DNA of 20,000 nucleotides from Monosiga brevicollis MX1 (Eukaryota): assembly GCF_000002865.3 (NCBI RefSeq), contig NW_001865080.1, forward strand, positions 246,154 to 266,153, in the 5' to 3' direction. The notes under the pieces were generated by a model. It ran no database searches, was not told where the DNA came from, and worked only from the letters and a program-made list of their open reading frames with translations. This document shows positions 1 to 12,200 of the stretch, piece after piece. The translations under genes were made by a program, and so were the position numbers. Positions within the stretch are counted from its first letter, which is position 1. Every line of letters starts with the position of its first letter.

Positions 1-3
1 AAG

Positions 4-43
<40 letters not shown>
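1..43 (+). repeat. Poly(A) tract
   Basis: About 40 consecutive A at the window start, upstream of the L-domain gene. Confidence 0.9.
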
Positions 44-47
<4 letters not shown>

Positions 48-245
48 CCAACAAGATTTGTCTGACAAACACACACAAGTTTTTGTCTGACATTTGAGTC
101 GTTGCTTGCAAGGCCTTGTTTCAATCGCTGGCTTGCTGCCTTGCTGCACGGGTTCGGTCAGCCAGTGATGTCGTTAATTTTTTTTTTTTAAAAAGCACCC
201 GTGCTTGGGAGTCCGTGTTCTTTCGTCAACACGCTGCTCGTCATC

Positions 246-2218
246 ATGGTTGGGTCAAAGCCCGTGCACCTGCCGTTGCGTCCAGTGCGGTTGATTCTCT
301 GGATTGGCTTGGCCGTTGCCGTCTCGATTCTGGGTGCAGTGTGCGCACGCCCCAGCGCCGTGCTGCAGACAGCAGCAGCACCAGGTTCAATGGTGTTTCC
401 GGGTGACATTGGCTGCAATTTGAGCCAAGTGCCGCCTGGCGTGGTTCAGGTCCAGGGCAGCGTCAACCTGAATTGGTGTCAAACCCTCACGTCGGCAGAT
501 ATCGACATCCTTCGCACCGTGGAGGTCATTGATGGAGGCCTTTTCATATACGTAAGACGCGCGCCGTTTTTTACTGTTGGGTTTCAAAAGGATGGCACAC
601 ATGTAGTCTGCGAAACAAATGGAAAAAACAACCCCCCTCTTGACCTTGATCTTCCGCTTCTGCTTCATTCTAAATTTTGACCGCTCGTGTTGGACAGCGA
701 TGTGATCTACTCACCAACATTGACGGTCTGTCAAGCCTGCGGGCAGTGGGCGAACAACTCATGCTCTACGTAAGCGCCGAAAGAACATGCTCATGATAGT
801 TCTGAGTCTCAACGTTTTGGTGCTTTGTGGCACGAGCTGCTTATTCCTGACCGCTATTGCTCGTAGAGGAATGGTGGTCTTACCAACGTGGATGGCTTGG
901 GCAATCTGACGGACGTGGGAGGTGACGTATTCTTTCGGGTCTGTTTGATCAGCTTCCCGGGTTAAGCTTACGTTAGCACAGACTTCCCGTGTCTGCTCCA
1001 TTCATGCAACTACCACATGGGCACTTAGCATAATTTTGCGCTGACGAATTTGGATGGACTGCACGGGCTCACTCATGTGAACGATGCCCTCACCATTGAT
1101 GTATGGCCTTACGCTTGGCGGCCAGAGCGCGTTTTACTAGCACTTTGATCTATGTGTTGAGCGTACCTCCAAAGATTGCATTTCCTCACCCTTTGCAACA
1201 TGTTAACAGACGCTCGATCAGCTGGTCAACATCGATGGCTTACGCGGCATTGTGGTAGTTAAAGGCGATATCTTGATCAACGTATGAGTTTAGTCTGTAG
1301 ATCATGACGGGCTTGTTGCCGCTAGTCATACCTGTGTTAGAGCAAAGGTCCTCCAACAATGCGTAGCAACACTGCTCTATGTGACCTATCGTCCTGCACC
1401 GCTATATCTTCATGCGCAGGCAAACCCTGCACTAGAGCAGATAGACGGCTTGAATTCGCTCATCTATGCCCTTGGCAGGTTCCAAATCTCGGTGAGTTTC
1501 TCTGGGGGTTTATTGAAATTTGATCTACGACGGCACTGACCTCGCTTGAGATGTTGGTTTCCCACAAAAGGGCAACACGGCATTGACGCAACTTGACGGC
1601 CTGAACAGCCTTAGTTCAGTTGGAGGCGACCTTTCCATTTTTGTGAGTCATGCTTTGCCACAGCGTTGTGTGAAAATTTTGTAAACATCTCAGTTGATGC
1701 TCTGACGGCTCCTGTAGGCCAATCCTAATATAAAGAGTGTGGTCGGCCTGCAAAAGTTGGGGAGTGTCGGCGATTCCGTCTTTCTTTCGGTGAGCCTGGC
1801 TGTTTCCAATGAGCCTCGCGGTAGCTTGTCGACTCACGTTGAATCAATGTGTGGCTACCTAGCAAAACATTGCATTGACCCATGTGCAAGGCATGAACAA
1901 GCTTATGTTTGTCACGGGTTCTGTGTTTGTCAGCGTAAGTACCGGCCGACGGCCTCGGGCGTGTGCTCGCTGATGCTCCAAGTCTAATTTTCGTATTTGA
2001 CTTTGCACTGACATGTTGATTGGCATGATCAATAGCACAACGTTGCACTGACTTCCTTTGACGGGTTGCAACAACTCTCGCTTGTTCGCTCGGACGTTTG
2101 TTTCTGCGACAACCCCATCTCCAACATAAGTGCGATTGCCAGTCAGCTTGCTAGCGTTGGCAATCTCAGCAGCCCATGTCATTTCTTTTCCGTGCAAAGT
2201 TGTCCAGCTTGTGCTTGA
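246..2218 (+). CDS. Secreted or surface receptor-L-domain-like leucine-rich repeat protein, ~354 aa, 10 exons
   Basis: Exons 246-551, 698-769, 867-938, 1029-1100, 1210-1281, 1420-1491, 1571-1642, 1718-1789, 1863-1934, 2036-2218 (TGA). All introns are GT..AG and phase 0. Hydrophobic N-terminus (RLILWIGLAVAVSILGAVCA). The eight internal exons are exactly 72 nt, e.g. RNGGLTNVDGLGNLTDVGGDVFFR and GNTALTQLDGLNSLSSVGGDLSIF, consensus xNxxLxx+DGLxxLxxVxGx+x+x. Cys-rich C-terminus (..PCHFFSVQSCPACA*). Family assignment is by motif recognition only. Confidence 0.85.
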
Positions 2219-2821
2219 CATTACATGCGTGAAGCAGTCTGTGCGCTACTCTCTTTGTCTGCGTGAAGTGCTGTTGCCGTTGAGAGCAATTGAATGCCGC
2301 TTGTTACAGCGGTGATTGCATCCAAGACAAACAATCTGCCTTTGTGGGGAAAAGAGAGGCAAGAGCAGCAACGCAACGATAGCGAGATCTTTCATGCTCA
2401 AAGATGGTGGGGATGAACCAGCTTGCCCAGCCGACCAACGCACCTGTTCATCCCCCGACATCGGAAACGCGGGTTGTAAGTGCGTCAGCGATCAAGCCTG
2501 GACAGTCATGCCCTGGTGATGAGCAGCTTCAGAGGGCTTTCTGGTGCCTTCCCGTACACCAGGCTAAGCTGTGACCCGAACTAGCCTCACAACCAACAGC
2601 TTCCTGATTCCTGAACCGCCGGGTGCCCTAATTGAATTGCCTGTATCTAGGCCCAAAACGACAATCCTGTGTCTTCAAATCCGAAATTTTTTTGACATCC
2701 AAATGTAAAAATTGTTAAATTTTTAAAATTTAAAAGTTGTTGTTGCGTAACCATTTGACTCGTTTTTAATTTTTTTTTCTTGTTCTTGCCGTCTACTTTC
2801 CCGTCGGCGGTGTTGCTTGAG

Positions 2822-2943
2822 TTGAGCTGTCGTGCTCGCGCGCTGGCTGTTTGTGCGTGACTGCGCACTTCATCTCTCATTGGCAGGGTGGTGCTTACCT
2901 GGTTGGTTCTTGTCGCGACGCCAGAACGTGCGGCACGGTGAGA
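2822..2943 (+). promoter_or_regulatory. Conserved upstream or 5' UTR block of ankyrin gene A (paralogous copy 5802-5941 before gene B)
   Basis: TTGAGCTGTCGTGCTCGCGCGCTGGCTGTT (2822-2851) vs TTGAGTTGTCGTGCTCCCGCGCCGACTGTT (5802-5831), 26/30 identical. A second shared block CGCCAGARCGTGYGG..GGTGAG ends in a probable 5' UTR donor (2938 and 5936). Confidence 0.6.
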
Positions 2944-3240
2944 CATTGTGAGCGCTATCGCATGCTTGTTGTTTTGTGCCTGCACCAGTCGGACAAAGGA
3001 CGTGCTGATTGGCAGCTGCACCTGTCTGTGCTTGGTGTGAGTAGCTCGGTCATCTTTACGATCAATCAACGCGGGGTAAGCCAGGCCAGCTGACCGGCTG
3101 CCGTTTCACCGTTGAACTCTCAGACAATGGTTGGAATTGGAAGCGGTTCATTCGATTGATCTTCTTCTTCTTCACATGTCAGCAGCGCTTGGATGCAGGC
3201 CGGCCGAGCGAATGGTGGAGTTGTGTGGAGTTCCATTACC

Positions 3241-5036
3241 ATGAGTTCGGATGAAGAGCAGCTGTTGGATGCGTGCAACTCATCAGATCCAAAAGAGGCG
3301 CTGCAACTGTTGAACAATTGGGCCCCACCACGCATTCGATCCGCTGCGCCTTGCAAGGACGAGGTACAAATGCTTTTTGAGAACGGTGGTGTTGTCATGC
3401 GTTCGTTCCTTTGGGGTGCGGATGTGGACTCTGGTACAGCATGGAACATGAATGTGACACTTGTACGTGTGGCCCATCAACCCACAGAATGGCTGGACGC
3501 CACTGCACTGGGCCTGCTATAACGGTCATGTGAAGGCGTCGGAAATGCTGTTGAACCACGGCGCTGATGCCAAAGCCAAGGCCTGGGTCAGTGCGATTGT
3601 TCTTCCGATGGCTGTTCTGTGGCGTTGTCCGCTTCCTTTGCTGTGGTCTGCATGTGCCGCTGGTACACCGATAGTCGTTTATACAGGAACATGGAACGAT
3701 GGTATTTTTAACATCCCACTGTTGCTCTCTGGGTCACATGGCGTTGCCGCACCTGGGGGCGTTTAATGATGGCAAATCCGTCCACAGGCTGGACACGCAC
3801 CACTGCACTGGGCCTGCATCGAGGGTCATGTGGAGGTAGTGGAAATGTTGTTGAAGCACGGCGTTGATACTGAAGCCAAGGACAACGTCAGTGCCTCTCA
3901 CTCACCCGCCAATACTTCTCTTTGTTGTCGACTGCTTTGCCTCATGCCTCTCCGGCTGCAAGTGTTGCTGGTGCTCCTGCTTGGCATAATTTTGTGAGGC
4001 ACAAGTTGGTGGTGCTTCTTCACGGATGGTGGTGCTGTCAATCAATCCACAGGATGGCGATACATCACTTCACCTTGCCTGCGGTAACGATCATGTGAAG
4101 GTTGTGGAGGTGTTGTTGAAGCACGGCGCCGATGCTGAAGCCAAGGACAACGTCAGTACCTCCCACTCACCCGCCATTGCTCCTCCATGTTGTTGACTGC
4201 CTTGCCTCTCCCCATTCTGTCTGCATGTGCTGCTGGTACTTCTGGCTGGTACATATATGGCTCAACATCATCCCGATTGAACATGTGTGGATGCGGTACC
4301 TGTACGTGTGTTGGTTGGGGTGAATCTGCTTACAGGGCGGTGGTCTGCCACTGCACTGGGCCTGCCTTTGCGGTTCTGTGGAGGTGGTGGAGATGCTTTT
4401 GAAGCATGGCGTTGATGCTCAAGCCAAGAATGGGGTTGGTACCTTTGTCCAACTGTCGCCGTGTTGCTGCTCCTCCTGCTCGTCCTTTCTGTTCGTCTCT
4501 TTACTCCAGCCTGTCTCTCGCTTCTTTCCACCGCTCGCTCCCCACCGCTCGCTCCCCCTTTGTGCCCGCTTGCTTGAATTCTCTTGCAACTTGCCTTCCC
4601 TACCTGGGCTGCGTCTCTCTCTTCAGTGCTCGCTCTTCCCTCAATCCGCGTTTCTCTTTGACATGACACTGTTCGTCTGATCTAAATTCTCCTTACACTC
4701 AAATAGCTGCCGGTCTCTATCCTTGTTTCGGCTTTGCACACAAATGTTTCTTTTGCCCATTCATGAACCCCTACGTTGTACTTTTCACATGCTTGCTACC
4801 CCGTTGCCCGTCGGACGCTCCTGCGGGCTCCAGAACAAATTTGTCTCGCCTCTTCGAAAACAACGATGTGGCATCGCTGTTTGCTCACTTATTCTTCCGA
4901 TCATTTGACTTTGGCCCGTTCTTAGCGTAGCGAAACGCCCCTCGACGTGGCTCGCCAGCACAAGCATGACAACAAGCTGAAATCTGTGTTGACTGCCCAC
5001 GAGGCTGGCCTGGCTGTTGGACCACAGACATCATGA
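3241..5036 (+). CDS. Ankyrin-repeat protein A, ~209 aa: N-cap + 4 repeats + C-cap, 6 exons
   Basis: Exons 3241-3363 ([24 protein letters not shown]..), 3488-3586 ([33 protein letters not shown]), 3788-3886, 4053-4151, 4336-4434 (each 99 nt) and 4926-5036 ([18 protein letters not shown]). All phase 0 with GT..AG introns. The terminal exon is less certain than the repeat exons. Confidence 0.85.
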
Positions 5037-6236
5037 TGTAGGTCTAATGCTGCCGGAGCTCTTGGAAAGATATCAATCTTGGTAGTCGTGTATAGGATGT
5101 TGTCTGACGGTGCTGCTCAAGGAAATCTAGTGATAATTGCGATTGTTCTCTGCTGCTGAGACTTCAGTATGTTCGCCGACTGGAGGTGGCGGTACTTCAA
5201 TCCAATTCTCAAGAACTTGCTTCCACCTTTGTTATATCCCCGCTTCAGGGCATAATACCTTTTTTCTTTCAACGAAGCCCTGACGGCTCCCTTGTCAAGG
5301 CCACAGGCTCGGGTAAAATCGCCCTAGCTCGAGGCCTGGCGGATCAGGGCTGGTTCGTTCACCATGCCCCGCTGGCTAGCTTGAGCTCAACGCCAGATAG
5401 AAGGCGGCATGAATGGCTTGACGGACAGTCTTGGTCCCATGACGGAACGAGTTTTGCGTGTTCGGCCGAGGAGGGGCGGTGGGGGGCGGGGGCGTTGTTG
5501 TCGGTGCGATCCAACACGATGGCTGATAACCGCACCGTGACGATCTGCACGCCCAAGCATCTTTTTGTGCCTCAGTCTCAGACGTTTCGTGAATGTGACG
5601 CCGCGCTGTGAAAGTAGCCGGCTTAGAGCACGAGGCGTCATACATCGTTGCAGGCGGCTCGCTCGCATGCTTGAGTATTCACATATATGCATGAGCTTAA
5701 TACATGTATAAAATTAAAAAAAACTGTCGCATTTTATTTTGGGCTGTTGTATTGTTTTTGCTGTCATTTTCTTCTTGCTCCATCTTCGGCAAACGACGGC
5801 TTTGAGTTGTCGTGCTCCCGCGCCGACTGTTCTCGTGTGGTCTGGAACTTGATTGGTTGAACTTGATTGGTTGTCAACGACGCGACGGACAACTGGTTTC
5901 TGGGGCCTGCGGCGGCGCCAGAGCGTGTGGTCAAGGTGAGTTGCTTCGGACGCTTGCCTTGTCTTTTTTTTGCGTTGCGTGATCGCCATTTCATTGCCTC
6001 GCTCGCCCCTCACACGATGCTGGTCGACGCCGTGCGCTGTACAAAAAAAGGACAAACATCTCGTCAAGACCAGCGGATCAAGGTGAGAGCACCCTCTGCG
6101 CTGATCCAGCTGCACAGTGCGCAAGGCTCTGCAGATGCCCAGCTGCCGTTTTTTTTTGAAACGAAAATGTCAGACGTTTTAACTTGATTGATGGTCTGTT
6201 GTGTTCATAGTAGGCGTTTGATGGCGACCCGTGATC

Positions 6237-9200
6237 ATGAGTTTGGAGGATGGATATCAACTGCACAGGGCGTGTGATTCATCGGATCCACGAGCGGCGC
6301 TGCAGTTGTTGAGCAGCTGGGATCAACAACGTATTCAAGCCGCTGCCATTTACAAAGACGAAGCGGTTCGTGCCGTGTTGGTTGAGGTGTCTGTATCACT
6401 GATTCTTGGAAAGTGAACAAGACACTGAATTCACCATGATGGTCTGACGAAAAGCTGCATCCATGCGGGTGGTGGTAAATCAACTCACAGCTTGGTTATA
6501 CGCCACTACACCACGCCTGCGATAATGGTCATCTGGAGGTGGTTGAGGTGATACTGGAGCACGGCGCTGATGTTCAAGCCAGGAACATTGTCAGTACCCC
6601 CCCTTACTGCTTTTCTCTTGCAGTATGCGGACCCTTTTTTCGTTGGATTGCATGTGCCTGTTTGTGGACCAGGTGATATCACCGTTGTCTCACCACGACG
6701 AGGCACCTTGATGCGACCACCGCTTGCAATGGGCCCAATAGGGTGGCTTTACACCACTGCACTATGCCTGCGGCAGAGGTGGTGTGGATGTGGTGAATGC
6801 GTTGTTGGAGCATGGCGCTGATGTCCACGTCAAGACCATCGTCAGTCCATGTTGTTGCTTTTCTTTCGAGTCCACCGCTTTGCTGTTTTTCACTTTTAAC
6901 TGGTTTAGCGATTGAGCTCACTACAGTAAAAACATGGTTATGTTGCAATCGCATTTGTTATGTGAATCAACTTTCAGGGTGGCACGACACCACTGCACTA
7001 TGCCTGCACCAGAGGCCATGTGGGGGTGGTGGGAATGCTACTGAAGCATGGCGCTGATCCTGGACCAAAGAACGAGGTCAGTACTCCCATTTCCCGAGCC
7101 ACCTTTCTTTGCTCCTGGATGCTTCCGTCTTTTTCCTTGTTGGCCTGCACCGCATGCTGGCTCAACAGCTGGTTTGAGACTCATTTCATCATCGATCACT
7201 CTGCGACTTGACGTCCGTGGTGTTGCAACGGCCAATCAACCTGCAGAATGATGACACGCCATTGCACGGTGCCTGTACTCATGGACATGTGCAGGTGGTA
7301 AAAGTGCTATTGGCACAAGGCGTTGATGTGAACGCCGAAGACCAGGTCAGCGTCGCGCGTTGTTTCCTTATTTCTCTCCTCAGTTGATTCCCCCCCCCTC
7401 CCGCTTTCCTCATAGTCTGCGCCTACGACAATACTCATAACAACAATCTTAATACTTATCATGTTATGTATTATTATTATCATTATCGTGATTTGTCTCA
7501 TTGTGATCTTGTGGATCATGGCGATGCTGCAACTGCGCATGTGTCGGCGTACAGTGTGGCAACACGCCACTGCTCAACGCCTCCTCCAGCGGTCATGTGG
7601 AGGTGGCCAAGCTTTTACTGGAACACAGCGGTAATGCACAAGCCAGAAACGCGGTCTGTGCTACCTTGCCTTTGACATCTCTTTCGCTCTCTTGAAAATG
7701 CGTATCTCATCATGGTGTACCGTGGCTTATGGTGATGCTGCAACCACATTTTGTTGTGGGCGGTGGTGAATGAATCAATAGCTTGGCAGGACACCCCTGC
7801 ATCAGGCCTCTCATCACGGTCATGCGGGGGTGGTGGAGGTGTTGTTGCTGTTTGATGCTGATGCTCTGGCCAAGGACAAAGTCAGCATTCTTGCCGCACC
7901 GCTCTGTTGTTGTCGATAGTTTCCATGTACCCACCTGTGCAGCAACTATGATGTCCATCTCATCACGGCGCATTTGGGCATCGTGACGCTACGATCATGT
8001 GTGGTGGTGGTCAATCAACCACAGTCTGGCATTACACCATTGAGTGATGCCTGTTGCAATGGCCTTACGGAGGTACTAGAAGTGATGTTGAAGAACCGCG
8101 TTGATGCCAATGCCGGGGATGAGGTTGGTGCCACCCTGTTTTGCCGAAATTGGGTTTGGTGCTGACAGCACGTTAACTGTCTATGTCTTTCTATTCTTGC
8201 GATCTACGTCTTGTGCATCTTACCAAATAATATTCATCTCATGGGCATGGGCCTGGTGACCCTGCAAATGCGTGTGTGCGACGGTGGCCATCAACTCTAG
8301 GGTGGTGATAGGCCACTGCACCACGCCTCCAACAGAAATCAACCGGCTGTAGTGGAGGTGTTGTTGAAGTACAGGGCTGACGTCAACGTCAAGAATTGGG
8401 TTAGTACCAGATTGTCCTTCCCATTTTTCCATCAAGAATCGATAGGTTTCGTACTTGTACATCGGCTGGTAAAATTTCCATCTCGTTATGCCGTTGGCAA
8501 TTCTGCGACTAAATGTATGGTGGCGATGGGAGAAAACCTATAGGGTGGCGATACACCGCTGCACCGTGCCTCCTATCACGGCCATGCAGAGGTTGTGAAG
8601 ATGCTGCTGATGTACTTTGCTGACACTCAAGTCACGGACGAGGTTGGTTCAACCCCTCTTTCCATTCTGCTCTTCTCTTTGTTCATGGCTCCCATCTTTG
8701 GCGAACCAACTGGTTTATTGTTACAATAATAATATCATCATTCTGACTCATCCAATCGTCGTGCTGTGGAATATGGTAATGCTCCGATTGCGGCTGGCGG
8801 TGGCGGCGAATGAATCGACAGCGTGGTAATACACCACTGCACGATGTCTGCGGAAGAGGTCATGTGGAGCTGGTGAATATGCTGTTGAAGCATGGCGCTG
8901 ATGCTCAAGCCGAGAACATTGTCAGTACCACCCGCTTTCCTACTATGGTCCTTCCTTCGATATTCCTCCTCGCTTTCCCTTTTGGTCGACTTAGATATAG
9001 TGCTTACACGCCAAATGGTGTCTTACATGTCGCTATCGGATTTGGTGTTGTTCAAACGTCGTGGCGATGGTAAATCGGTCTTCAGTGTGGCGATACACCA
9101 CTGCACCGGGCCTCTTTTAACGGCCACGTCAAGGTGGTGGAGATGTTATTGAAGCACCACACTCATCCAAATGCCATTAACGTGGTCAGTACTGCTAAAT

Positions 9201-12200
9201 CCCACCCCTTTCACCTTCTACGATCTTGTTCTGTTCGTCTTGCTCCTTATTGGTCTGCGCGTATTGCTTGGACATTGGGCGATATAAAATACATCTCATC
9301 ATCATGCTGTGAGACATACACACGGTGGTAAAAACAAACCCTAGAGTGGTGACACAGCATTACACGGTGCCTGCGCTCATGGACATGTGGAGGTGGTAAA
9401 AGTGCTGTTAAAGCATCGCGTTGACACAAACGCCCGGGACGAGGTCAGTCCTCCCCTCTACTCCTCGCCCCGTTCCCTCCGCCCCCAGCGCGCCCCCAGC
9501 GTATCACCGTGTTCCTTTGCTGCGCTCTTTCATGTCGACCACCTCCCTGCTTTCCCTTTTGACCTGCATGTACACAAACTGATGCTTTTCATCAACAAAA
9601 CCTTTTTTTTTTGTCTCATCATGTTCTTGTGGACCATGATGACATTGATAGCGTGGCAAGACACCCCTGCATCGCGCCTCCTATCACGGTCATGTGGAGG
9701 TGGCGAAGGTGTTGTTGAAGCGCAGCGTTGATGCCAAGGCCAAGGATGCAGTCAGTCCCATCCTTCCTTGCCCCTGCTCTTTATTATCATAGCAGTTACA
9801 TCGCATTCAGACCAACGCGGGGAAAACCATTGATATTGAAATTGTTCATCTCATCACGACGCTGCCTGGTTGGTGGTGTTGGTGGTGAATCGACTCACAG
9901 AGTGGCAAAACACCATTGTACGCTGCCTGCGGTAACGGTCATGCGGAGGTGATGAAGGTGTTGTTGAAGCACGGCACAGGCGTCAAAGTCATCAACGAGG
10001 TCAGCATCGTGACTCTGCCTGCGGTTCTTTCATGATCATTAGCTTTGCACCTTTGCTGTTTCATCTGATCTGCAGGGGGGTGTGGCACATCTCCCATCAT
10101 CATGGCTTGGGGCATGTTGACGTGTGGTGATGTGTCGGTGATAAATCAAACCATAGATTGACTATTCACTACTGAAGCATGCCTGCACTCAAGGGCAGGC
10201 AGCGGTGGTGCATACGTTGTTGAAGCACGGCTTTGGTACTACCAACCCTGAGGACATGGTCAGTTTCACATCCTTCTTATCCTTGATCATGCCCCCCCCT
10301 TTTTTTTTTTTGAGCATGTTATCCTGGCATGTGATTAAACGCGATACATCTACCTCACCGTGACAATATGGGACATGACAATGCAACTGTGGCGACGCGC
10401 GTTGATAAATAAACCTTAGAATGATGAAACACTACTGCACTGTGCTTGTGGGCCACGTGGTGCGAGGGTGATGGATATCTTGTTGAAGCACGGTGCTGAT
10501 CCTGACGCCAAAGATGTTATGGTCAGTTTCACACTGTTCCCCTTTTCTTTCCTCCTTCATCACTGTCCTCGTTTTGCTTGTTCTGCGTGTGCCTCAGTAG
10601 CGGGATTTGGCTAGATCCCGCTACTTGCCTCCAACTGCTACAACAGTGCTCTTACTATTGTTGCTCTGGGGTGCTGCAATTGCGTGTGATGGCGATGCTG
10701 ACAACGATTCATCAATCCTAGTCTGGCATGACACCGCTGCACAATGCCTCCCAACTCGGATCTGTGAAAGCGATGGAACTGTTGTTAAAGCATGGTGCCG
10801 ATCCTGAAGCTAAAAACAAGGTCAGTCAGTACCACGCTTTCCACTCATTCTCGCCTTCTATGTTGACAACTCCTTTCTTTTGTCTGCACGTCACACCAGC
10901 CAGTATTCATGTTATTGTGGTTTTATCTCATCGTGGTGCTGTGGGACATGGTGCTTGATCACGTGGGTCCATGGTATTGGTGGTGGCGATGCGATCTACA
11001 GTGTGGCAGTATTGGAGTGCAAGCATCGACCACCTGCCAGATCCCTCTGGAAGGATTGCATCAATGTACTTGACGATGTGCAGCTGCCGCCGCCCGTCGA
11101 GGAACCCTCTCGTACACTCTGGGTGTGTTTAGCCACCAGATTATAAGTACGGTCCCGCTGACCGTGAGTGGCATTTTCTTTTGGATATTTCCCTTCCTGT
11201 TTTCTATCGTTCTCTCCTGTGAGAGAAGTGCAATTGAACCGCTTTACTGTCTCAGCTCAAATCGTCTTTCAATAGGTTATGGGCCTCGACTGCGTGGACA
11301 CTGCGTCAAGGAGCTGAAGACTTGGGTGCTTCCCATTTGAGTGCGAGTTCCCCAAAGGAAAAACCGGTGTCGAGGAGTACATCGAGAACATGGCGCTCGA
11401 GGAGTTGCCGGAGATCGTGAAGAGCATCCGCCGACAGTCGGAGCGCTGGCCTCAGTATGATGGCCATGACACGATGAAGTTGATCGAGCTGCGCGAGGTC
11501 ATTAACGCCGTTTGTGACAGCTACGATGTCCCGTACCTGCCAGAGCTCAAGAGCCTGGAGGAGGAGGATTTGCAAGCCGCTGCCATTGAGGAGAAGCACG
11601 GGCCAGGCCCGAAGGACAACGTCAAGAAGCTCAAGGAAATCAATAGTGTGATTATTGTCGCACTTTCGACGTGTCTCACCGGAACAGCTCGCTTGGTCTT
11701 GAGTGGCCTTAGGAAGGAAATCAAGAGCGGCCATGGTCGTGGAATGATACTACACGACTGGATTGATCGAACTGACATCGATCTGGAGGCGCTGGAGAGC
11801 GTGTTTGCGCAAGCTGAAGCTGATTTGGTCACCACGAAGCTGCAGAGTCAACATGATCTGAGCAACTACCGGCGCAAGATTGACCTGACAGTGTCGACGC
11901 TGCGGATGAGCAGCAGGTTTGTCGAGGAGGACACGGTCAAGAAGTTGGTGAGCAACCTGCCCACACAAGCGCGTGTCTACGTGGAGGACAAGATGGAAAC
12001 CATGGATGACAGCAAGAAGAAGATGGTGACTTTTTGGACCATCCTCAAGAGGGCAGTGATGTGCATGCCAGATGTGCCCATGGAGCGCGAGGAAGCCTAC
12101 TACGCCCAAGGAGGGCGCGGCCGCGGTGGCCGACAGAGGTACGCTGGGCAAGGCAATTATGGCCGTGGTCGTGGAAAACACGGTGTACGTCGTGGTGGAT

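Noticed and set aside
1..43. Poly(A) as the tail of a retroposed element
   Set aside because: Upstream context is outside the window, and similar A/T tracts precede other genes here.
2715..2733. AT-only inverted repeat TTAAATTTT-T-AAAATTTAA
   Set aside because: Expected by chance in a low-complexity A/T patch, with no TSD or other element structure.
6491..10820. Regularly spaced repeats resembling a CRISPR-like or diversity-generating-retroelement array next to an RT
   Set aside because: The repeats are degenerate protein-coding exons with GT-AG introns. The RT is an ordinary copia RT with LTRs and a TSD, and there is no template/variable repeat pair.
3120..10958. Dozens of short ORF-track entries across the ankyrin cluster
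   Set aside because: They are single exons reading into introns or off-frame noise; the spliced models explain them.
12107..12200. RGG-rich stretch in Gag
   Set aside because: Common just upstream of the zinc knuckle in copia Gag proteins; not unusual.
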